A stretch of DNA of 7,128 nucleotides from Candidatus Wukongarchaeum yapensis (GCA_016840425.1 JAEOSI010000121.1:1-7128), one strand, 5' to 3'; positions 1 to 5,676 are shown, numbered from the stretch's first letter. Numbers and translations are program-made. The notes: a model not told the origin generated them from the letters alone.

Positions 1-14
1 GGGGTTTTTTATCG

Positions 15-51
15 TGTAGTTATCTTTATATGTAGTTTTCTATATATGTAG
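15..51. repeat. Degenerate 16-bp-period tandem repeat ending in TGTAG
   Basis: TGTAG occurs at 15, 31 and 47. Units 20-35 (TTATCTTTATATGTAG) and 36-51 (TTTTCTATATATGTAG) match at 14/16 positions. Confidence 0.5.
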
Positions 52-72
52 AAAAAAATATGTATAGTAGCC

Positions 73-87
73 TATATAAATTTTTCG
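73..87 (-). promoter_or_regulatory. Archaeal BRE + TATA box pointing left, for a gene outside the window
   Basis: The minus strand reads CGAAAAA-TTTATATA (plus 81-87 and 73-80), a close match to BRE followed by the TTTAWAWA TATA consensus. Confidence 0.55.
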
Positions 88-97
88 CACGAAAAAT
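80..97. repeat. Perfect inverted repeat ATTTTTCG-CA-CGAAAAAT (candidate operator)
   Basis: 8-bp arms with a 2-nt spacer, read directly from the sequence. It overlaps the BRE of the leftward promoter. Confidence 0.7.
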
Positions 98-262
98 CCA
101 ACCACAACCCAGTTTCTCCAAGTTTGTTTTTCTTTAAAAATAGAGATAGGGAGGTACTTGAAGCTGAATAATAAAAGATAAAGGACTTATAAGGCTCCTT
201 AGATATAGAAAGGAAGAAGCTTACATTTTAGGAATGGATTGGTCTCATGGTGATGGTTTAAA

Positions 263-967
263 GTGCCTAAGCCTGGTGTAAAGGGAAGAAGCAGTGAGAG
301 GATTGCTCTTGGCATCTTGGAAAGATTAGGCTATGAAATTCTTGAAACTAACAGGATAGTAAATGTGGGTGAGGCTGAGGCGTTTGAAGTTGATATGATA
401 GCCCTCAGCCAGGAAGGACAAAAGTACTGTGTGGAGGTTAAGGCTGGTCAGGCGGGGGTTTCAGACATTCGTCAAGTCTTTGCTGATAGTGAGGTTTTAG
501 GGTTAAAGCCTATGCTTGTCTGTAAGGGTTTTGCCAACGAGGCTGCAGAAGCGGTAGCTAAAAAGCTCGATGTAAAGATGATTCCATTCAGTCAATATTA
601 TGTCCTTTTAGAGCCTGAAGAACTGGAAGTGGTTGTGAGATCTGCTGTTCAAGATGTCTTGAACGAGTATGGTTTTTTCCCTCTTCCTCTTTGGGAAGCA
701 ATTAAAGAAGAAGATTGGAGGTTAATAGAAAGAATAACTGCGGCTGAAAGTTTCAAAGAAGCCGCTCAGCATCTTGATCTAAGCGTTGAAGATTTGGGGC
801 GTAGGATAGGAGATTTAAGAAGAAGGGGAATATTCCCAGGAAAAGGTCAGTCTTTCATGGATTTAAAACGGCATTCTCAACAGCTAATTCAAAGGTACTC
901 CCTCATTCGCAGGCTGGACAAAATTGAGGAACGCTTGAAGAAAATAGAAGAATCGCTTGATCATTGA
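263..967 (+). CDS. PD-(D/E)XK endonuclease-like protein (archaeal RecB/Mrr/YraN-like, COG4998-type) with C-terminal HTH and coiled coil
   Basis: Catalytic motifs E12, V-D44 and E58-V-K60, plus Q71. GTG start preceded by SD-like GGTGA (249-253). HTH-like SFKEAAQHLDLSVEDLGRRIGDL at aa 163-185. Terminal heptad LDKIEERLKKIEESL. Confidence 0.8.
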   Translation: MPKPGVKGRSSERIALGILERLGYEILETNRIVNVGEAEAFEVDMIALSQEGQKYCVEVKAGQAGVSDIRQVFADSEVLGLKPMLVCKGFANEAAEAVAKKLDVKMIPFSQYYVLLEPEELEVVVRSAVQDVLNEYGFFPLPLWEAIKEEDWRLIERITAAESFKEAAQHLDLSVEDLGRRIGDLRRRGIFPGKGQSFMDLKRHSQQLIQRYSLIRRLDKIEERLKKIEESLDH

Positions 968-1014
968 GTAATAGACTATAAAAATGCTATTTTGTTAATT
1001 AAAAGGAGAAATAT

Positions 1015-2574
1015 TCAGTCTAAGGTTAAACTGAATTCACAGTGTTTGTCGCCTAGGCCAGGGCATTTTACCTCTTGAGCGGTTACGTGTTTTTTGGTTA
1101 ATTTTTCTATGATGCCTGCTAAGACGCCGGCTTTGTAATCGCACAGTGGGAGTCCTACATTGGAAATGCCGGAAGCGTCGGCGCATTCAAAAACTTTAAA
1201 CGTTATCTCGTCTTTCTTGGCTGTGCCTTCACATTTTAAGTGGTCTCCGCTGAGGAGGAATAAAGGACTGTTAAAGAGTCTTTCTATAAGTGTTATAGAT
1301 TCGTTAGGAGAGGGGGTGTTTTTAACTGTTCTGAACTCGGTTTTCTGTATCAAGTCTCCCACTTTTTTACCTGCGGCATACATTAAGGCACCGTCTATTG
1401 GGTCGGCTAATTTTAGGACGGTGAACTGTTGTTGAAGCGTGGTTATGTGAACGTTGTCCATGACGCCTGATCTGATTTCTCTTCCTTCTAAAACACTGAC
1501 GTTTATGTTTCTTAGTATAGTTTTTAAAAGGGTTGTAAAGATTTCTGGTCGTGCGAGATATCTTAGTTGTTGTTCTTCTTCTTCTTTTTTTTCTTCTTCG
1601 TCTTCTTCTGGTTTAGCGGCTTCTTTTTTTGCTTTGTCTTCTTTTAAGCGTTCGTATTTTTCTTTTGGCATTATTTCAAATTGGCAAGAGCGGTCTCCCA
1701 TGCCCCAGCAGCTACTTTCAAAAACCACGGTTTCTTCGCTGGTTATAGCTTCTAAAAGTCCTGCTATTTTTCCTGCTTCGTAGTGGCAAAGACTTTCTCC
1801 TACAGCAGGGACTCCTGTGGATAGAGCGCTTTCATTGATCCTTAAAAGAGCGTTATCTTCTTCTAAATGCACTAGTCGTGCGTCTCTGGCGCTATAAAGG
1901 CCTAGGGCCATATCATGGTCATATAGGCGTTCAACGCCCCTCACTCCCTCTGTGAAATATTCTGACCTGTTAACTGCCTTTAGGAGGGAGGGGTTGAGGG
2001 CAAAGACCCAGCCGCTGTAGCCTCCTACTTTCCCTATGGCTTTTCCGAGGTTGTAGAGGAGGCTTCCGGCTATCTCGTCTAAGGCGAGAATGGAAAGGGA
2101 GCGTAGTTGGAGGTGGCTGCAGTGCACGTAATCTCCCATGTTTGGTCTTATTCTTTTTCCTTCTTCTCCTACGCTTTGGAGTAGGTTGATGCTTGTATCG
2201 ACTAGTATTTCTCTAGTTAAGCCGTCAGGGGCTATTATTCTTTCAGTTGAAGAGCTTATTATGTTCTTCCACAAGTGGCTGCTTATGACTCCAGCTTCCA
2301 TAGGGCCTTGATCTACCACTATGTCGCCTACGACGAGGGCAGGCAGGTTAGTAACATTGTAGTATGCTCCTAAGTGTTCTTCTTCTTCAACGTCTAAAAT
2401 GGAGATATGGAACATGCCTGAAAGATCTCCAAGTTGGGTTAAAGATCTGTCTAGTTCTTCTTTAGCTTTTTTGCAGTGAACACAATGTTTTGCTGTAAAT
2501 AAAATTACGCGGGTAGGGACGAAATCGTATATTTCACGAAGGTTTGATTCGGTATTTGTTTCCGTTTGAACCAC
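1015..2574 (-). CDS. Thioredoxin-like (CxxC) domain fused to two tandem V4R domains, 519 aa
   Basis: VILFTAKH-C31VHC34 and N-L-P78 give a Trx fold with its cis-Pro position (aa about 21-105). Two internal repeats (aa about 140-301 and 365-517) each carry C-x22-E-x2-C-x7-C (C263/E286/C289/C297 and C478/E501/C504/C512), the V4R signature. GTG start. Confidence 0.85.
   Translation of the reverse strand: MVQTETNTESNLREIYDFVPTRVILFTAKHCVHCKKAKEELDRSLTQLGDLSGMFHISILDVEEEEHLGAYYNVTNLPALVVGDIVVDQGPMEAGVISSHLWKNIISSSTERIIAPDGLTREILVDTSINLLQSVGEEGKRIRPNMGDYVHCSHLQLRSLSILALDEIAGSLLYNLGKAIGKVGGYSGWVFALNPSLLKAVNRSEYFTEGVRGVERLYDHDMALGLYSARDARLVHLEEDNALLRINESALSTGVPAVGESLCHYEAGKIAGLLEAITSEETVVFESSCWGMGDRSCQFEIMPKEKYERLKEDKAKKEAAKPEEDEEEKKEEEEQQLRYLARPEIFTTLLKTILRNINVSVLEGREIRSGVMDNVHITTLQQQFTVLKLADPIDGALMYAAGKKVGDLIQKTEFRTVKNTPSPNESITLIERLFNSPLFLLSGDHLKCEGTAKKDEITFKVFECADASGISNVGLPLCDYKAGVLAGIIEKLTKKHVTAQEVKCPGLGDKHCEFSLTLD
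1567..1668 (-). repeat. Low-complexity Lys/Glu-rich linker between the two V4R domains
   Basis: PKEKYERLKEDKAKKEAAKPEEDEEEKKEEEEQQ, seen as a TCT/TTC-rich tract on the plus strand. Confidence 0.7.
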
Positions 2575-2717
2575 CTATAAGTTTTAAATTAAGACGGAAA
2601 GTCAAGTAAAGGGGGTTTAATTGTGGGAAACGTTTCTGATTATTGTAGAGGGTTTCTCGTCTCGTTTGTTGAATCGCTGAAAGTTCACTGTTTATCTGGG
2701 GAATATAGAAGACTGGG

Positions 2718-2741
2718 ATATTTAAGGTTTGTTAAGGTTTG
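2718..2741 (-). promoter_or_regulatory. Candidate TATA box for the Trx-V4R gene, overlapped by a perfect 10-bp tandem repeat
   Basis: The minus strand reads CAAACCTTAA-CAAACCTTAA-ATAT. TTAAATAT (plus 2718-2725) is TATA-like and would give a leader of about 120 nt. Confidence 0.45.
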
Positions 2742-2866
2742 CTAGTTCTCATCCCCGATCTTTTGAATGGAGTTTTCCCGTCCGTCTGGATAGAAACTTA
2801 ATCTTATCTTCGTAAAAGTTGGATAGGAGTTTTTTTATTTGGTTTTTTAGCGTTCTTTGTTTTTAT

Positions 2867-3268
2867 CTATTTTTCTGAGAGTTCTTTTTCAACTTTTTTG
2901 ACTTGTTCGTCCCATTCTTTTTCTATAAAATGTTTTAGGCGCGAGTGTAACTGTTCAAGTCTTTCTTTTAACATCTCTTTAATTTCTTCTAGTGGGATTG
3001 CTGTGTACTCGTAGACATATCCTGGACCTTTTTTTGTTAGGGTTTGTCTTTTAACAAAGCCTTGGGCTAGGAGGTTCATCAGTATTCTTTGCGCTGTGCT
3101 GCGGTTTCTGTCGATTTTTTTTGCAAGTTCTTCTGCGGTTTTTATGCCGGTAAGGACGTGGAAATAAGCTTGTATTTCGGAACATTTTATGCCCGCTAAA
3201 CACCTTACAACATCATCTAAGCAAAGGGGAGAAGTGAGCATGATTGCGTCAATATTTTTCAGACTCAT
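2867..3268 (-). CDS. TrmB-like winged helix-turn-helix transcriptional regulator (COG3355-type), 133 aa
   Basis: HTH TAEELAKKIDRNRSTAQRILMNLLAQGFV (aa 44-72), wing with GPGYVYEY, a C-terminal helical dimerisation region, and an N-terminal VRCLAG motif as in this family. Confidence 0.85.
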   Translation of the reverse strand: MSLKNIDAIMLTSPLCLDDVVRCLAGIKCSEIQAYFHVLTGIKTAEELAKKIDRNRSTAQRILMNLLAQGFVKRQTLTKKGPGYVYEYTAIPLEEIKEMLKERLEQLHSRLKHFIEKEWDEQVKKVEKELSEK

Positions 3269-3412
3269 TTTTTCCCAAACCTTTTCGTTTCAAAGCCTTT
3301 TCAACAAATATTAAGTAGTCGTAACATTATTTTTTGAGATTTTTAACTCCTTTAAGTTGTTTAAGAAAAATAATCTTTTAAAAACTTTGAAAAACTTTTT
3401 CATCGAAACCCG

Positions 3413-3420
3413 TATAAAAT
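3413..3420 (+). promoter_or_regulatory. Candidate TATA box for the panE relic
   Basis: TATAAAAT preceded by CGAAACCCG, about 60 nt upstream of the ATG at 3480. Confidence 0.35.
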
Positions 3421-3479
3421 AACTGGGTTCTGTGGGTTTTTGTGAGGTAAAACTAGGAAAAAGAAGGAAGGGTCTAAAA

Positions 3480-3766
3480 ATGGTGTCTCTTAATGTTACG
3501 ATTTTTGGCGCAGGGGCGGGAGGGTCTATGCTTGGGGGGAATAATTAAACATGAAGGAAAAGCTGTGGTTAATCTTGTTGGAAGAAAACCGCACATGGAA
3601 GCAGTAGATAGGAGCGGTTTAACTATAGAGTTTGGAAATAGGCTTTTTAAACGGTTTTATTGCTTTAAAAGGAGAAGAGGTTGGAGTTCCAATAGAAGTA
3701 AATCTTAGTATGACACTTTTGATGAAAAAACTTGCAAAAAATGTAAAAATAAGAGGTAGAGGTTGA
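3480..3766 (+). pseudogene. panE: 2-dehydropantoate 2-reductase (ketopantoate reductase) relic: frameshifted and internally deleted
   Basis: Frame 3 from ATG 3480 reads MVSLNVTIFGAGAGGSMLGG (Rossmann GxGxxG). After a +1 shift in the G6 run (3534-3539) it continues IIKHEGKAVVNLVGRKPHMEAVDRSGLTIE, matching the PanE pattern V.L.GR..H.EA....GL.I. From 3635 a third frame reads EIGFLNGFIALKGEEVGVPIEVNLSMTLLMKKL..., matching the PanE C-terminal EIDxLNG...G...GvPtPvN..L..LvK motif, and ends at TGA 3764-3766. Confidence 0.85.
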
Positions 3767-3817
3767 AGGAATTAGGGGAGAAGGAGAATGAATGAGATTT
3801 CCCCTGTTTGCGGTTTT

Positions 3818-4243
3818 TTAAACGAATGTTTTCGTTATTTCATTTACTGCTTTTCTAAGAAGGTTTTCACTAATTTTTACGTATTTAGGAGCAAGAATTC
3901 CTAGTATGAAAGTGTGATCGTCTACTCTTATTGTTTTAAAAATCACATTGTTTTCTTTGGCTTGAATAACTATATCTTTTAGTTTACCCATTTTTAGTAG
4001 ATCTTGTATTCTGGAGGCAGTAGCGTGAGCAAGAGAGGACATGGCGGCCATTGTTACGGTTTCTTTGCCGTTTTCACTTCCTGCTTCTGCCATAATAAGA
4101 CCGCTTTCAGCGGCTAATATACTGGCTGAAAATTTCCCTACTCTGTTAAGTTCTTCTAGAATTTTGTTGAGAATTGCCGTCCTTGAAAGGGGTTCCTCTT
4201 CGGATTTTTCCTTTTTTTCTTTGAGTTTGTTTGAATTATTCAT
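3818..4243 (-). CDS. Roadblock/LC7 domain protein, divergent type A, 141 aa
   Basis: LNKILEELNRVGKFSASILAAESGLIMAE...MAAMSSL...R...LKMGKLKDIVI fits the Roadblock pattern. Start moved from 4288 to ATG 4243, which has AGGGGT 7 nt upstream (GGGG to start). Confidence 0.85.
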   Translation of the reverse strand: MNNSNKLKEKKEKSEEEPLSRTAILNKILEELNRVGKFSASILAAESGLIMAEAGSENGKETVTMAAMSSLAHATASRIQDLLKMGKLKDIVIQAKENNVIFKTIRVDDHTFILGILAPKYVKISENLLRKAVNEITKTFV

Positions 4244-4253
4244 TAAAAAACCC

Positions 4254-4451
4254 CTATGATATCCAGTATATGCAAATGTTTGATGCAAGTTTTCCCTTAA
4301 TCTCGTCTTCTGAATAATTTCTTTGTTGAAGCTTCTTACCGATTTTTAACGAGGGGACATAGCCTACTTTTGGATCGAAAAAGTTTACTAATCCCCTAAT
4401 GAGAAGGAGTGAAAACGTGGAGATAAAATTTAGGTTTTTCGCCCCCATCAA
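4254..4451 (-). CDS. Small hypothetical protein (64-65 aa) in the gap between Roadblock B and A
   Basis: Fills the intergenic gap with 22-nt and 10-nt spacing to its neighbours. GAGG lies upstream of TTG 4451/ATG 4448. Hydrophobic N-terminal segment. No recognisable family. Confidence 0.3.
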   Translation of the reverse strand: MMGAKNLNFISTFSLLLIRGLVNFFDPKVGYVPSLKIGKKLQQRNYSEDEIKGKLASNICIYWIS

Positions 4452-4473
4452 AAGTCGGCCTCTGGTGCTGGTT

Positions 4474-4848
4474 TTAAGTTGCTAGAATTTCTTTTACACC
4501 ATCGACAGTCATTTTTATATCGAAAAAGATCATGCCTAGTTTTGCATCTGCTGGGGCGATAGCGATCAAAACAGCTTCAGGTCCTGCATCCACGGTGACG
4601 GTGACTCCTTCTTTTCCTTTGATTATGACTTGTTCTACCTCGCCACACTTTAGTATGCTACCTACTCTTGTACCTAGGGAGAGCATACCGGCGGACATGG
4701 CAGAAATAGCGTCTTCGTCAATATCTTTTGGCAGTTCGCTTGCCATCATTAAGCCTTCTTTAGAAACGATAGCACTGGCCCGAATCTCGCTCCGTCTTTC
4801 CAGCTCAGTTAGTAAATCTACCAATTTTTTTGTCCTTGTTGCGGACAC
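4474..4848 (-). CDS. Roadblock/LC7 domain protein, canonical archaeal/MglB-like type B, 124 aa (136 aa if ATG 4884 is used)
   Basis: SAIVSKEGLMMASELP...DAISAMSA...R...L..GEVEQVIIKG..G...AGPEAVL.AIA...AKLGMIF is the canonical COG2018 pattern. GTG 4848 has GGGGTTGAT just upstream, while ATG 4884 has no SD. Confidence 0.9.
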   Translation of the reverse strand: MSATRTKKLVDLLTELERRSEIRASAIVSKEGLMMASELPKDIDEDAISAMSAGMLSLGTRVGSILKCGEVEQVIIKGKEGVTVTVDAGPEAVLIAIAPADAKLGMIFFDIKMTVDGVKEILAT

Positions 4849-4929
4849 CAATATCAACCCCTTTGAAGTTGTTAAATCTTTCATTTTTAGAGTAAAATGA
4901 TTTCCTTAATTTTTAAATGGAAGCGAGAT

Positions 4930-4946
4930 TATTTATCATTTTTGTG
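4930..4946 (-). promoter_or_regulatory. Candidate BRE/TATA for Roadblock B
   Basis: The minus strand reads CACAAAAA-TGATAAATA. Confidence 0.4.
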
Positions 4947-4952
4947 TATTTT

Positions 4953-4995
4953 AAGAAAAAATATGAGATTTTGATAACAATTTTTTGAAATAAAA
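4953..4995 (-). terminator. Candidate archaeal oligo-T terminator after Roadblock A'
   Basis: TTTTATTT immediately after the stop and TTTTTTCTT further downstream on the minus strand. Confidence 0.3.
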
Positions 4996-5490
4996 TTAAG
5001 TGAGACTTTCAGGGGAGATGAACGCTTTTTCAATTCTTTCTCCTGCTATTCGAAGAAGCTTTTTGATGTGTTTTTGACGAGATTTAGGAAAGGAAGTAGA
5101 AAGCACTCCTAAAAGAAAAACATCGGGGGGAATTTTGATAGGTTTAAGGATTAAGATGCTGCCTTCTGTGTTTATTTTTATGTTTTCCAGTTCGCCCATT
5201 GATAGAAAGGCGCCCACTCTTAGGGCAGTTTCATAACCTAGAGAAGACATAGCGGCCAAAGCGCCTGCGAATTCATCTCCAACCCCGTCTCCTGCTTCCG
5301 CCATAAGCAAACCGTTTTCTGCTGCTATAATGCTGCATTTAAACTTGCCAAACCTGTTTAAACGTTTTAGTAGGTTGCTCAAGTAGATTACCCGGCTTAC
5401 CGGCTGGCTTACTTTAGAGGGTTTAGAAGACATCAATTCTTTTATTCTATCGACCAGCTTTTTAAAAGGTTCAAAAGCTCTCACAAACAC
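4996..5490 (-). CDS. Roadblock/LC7 domain protein, divergent type A', with N-terminal amphipathic extension, 164 aa
   Basis: LSNLLKRLNRFGKFKCSIIAAENGLLMAE...LAAMSSL...R...LSMGELENIKI, a paralogue of 3818-4243. GTG start preceded by GGTGGG. GTG 5484 is an alternative start. Confidence 0.85.
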   Translation of the reverse strand: MFVRAFEPFKKLVDRIKELMSSKPSKVSQPVSRVIYLSNLLKRLNRFGKFKCSIIAAENGLLMAEAGDGVGDEFAGALAAMSSLGYETALRVGAFLSMGELENIKINTEGSILILKPIKIPPDVFLLGVLSTSFPKSRQKHIKKLLRIAGERIEKAFISPESLT

Positions 5491-5554
5491 CCCACCAAAG
5501 ACCCTTTACAAGTTCATCTTGAGTTAACTTCTAAACAATATTACAATTTCAAAT

Positions 5555-5569
5555 TATTTATACTTTCAT
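5555..5569 (-). promoter_or_regulatory. BRE + TATA box for Roadblock A' or the whole cluster
   Basis: The minus strand reads ATGAAAG-TATAAATA, about 65 nt upstream of GTG 5490. Confidence 0.55.
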
Positions 5570-5676
5570 ATTATATTTGAATTTAACATTTTATAGTTTA
5601 GGATTTCAGAGTTGGATAGAATACTCACCTCGTCTCCTTTTTTCTGACTGTCGAAGGTTTTCCAGTGGAGGAGGTT

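Noticed and set aside
181-200. Imperfect palindrome AAGGA-CTTATAAG-GC-TCCTT around a TATA-like TTATAA upstream of the nuclease
   Set aside because: May be the nuclease promoter, but the symmetry is broken by an insertion and is weak for AT-rich DNA.
1160-1435. 91-aa plus-strand ORF
   Set aside because: Antisense shadow of V4R repeat 2, with no motif and no SD.
1454-1783. 109-aa plus-strand ORF with poly-Ser/Phe
   Set aside because: Antisense reading of the Glu/Lys linker (GAA/AAA codons read as TTC/TCT/TTT).
2623-2745. 40-codon plus-strand ORF (GTG start after AGGGGG; MGNVSDYCRGFLV…)
   Set aside because: It overlaps the putative promoter and leader of the Trx-V4R gene in antisense, has no homology, and is of a length expected by chance.
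3534-3539. G6 run as a programmed frameshift or phase-variation switch for panE
   Set aside because: Restoring the frame still gives no functional enzyme because most of the gene is deleted, so decay or a homopolymer sequencing error is more likely.
3493-3708. 71-aa ORF taken as a real gene
   Set aside because: It is the middle frame of the panE relic. Only aa about 14-47 are PanE-like, and the rest is out of frame.
3788-3904. 38-codon plus-strand ORF after GGAGAAGGAG
   Set aside because: Mostly antisense to the 3' end of Roadblock A, with no supporting motif.
4041-4259. 72-aa plus-strand ORF
   Set aside because: Antisense shadow of Roadblock A.
4532-4900. 122-aa plus-strand ORF
   Set aside because: Antisense shadow of Roadblock B, Ser/Ile-rich with no motif.
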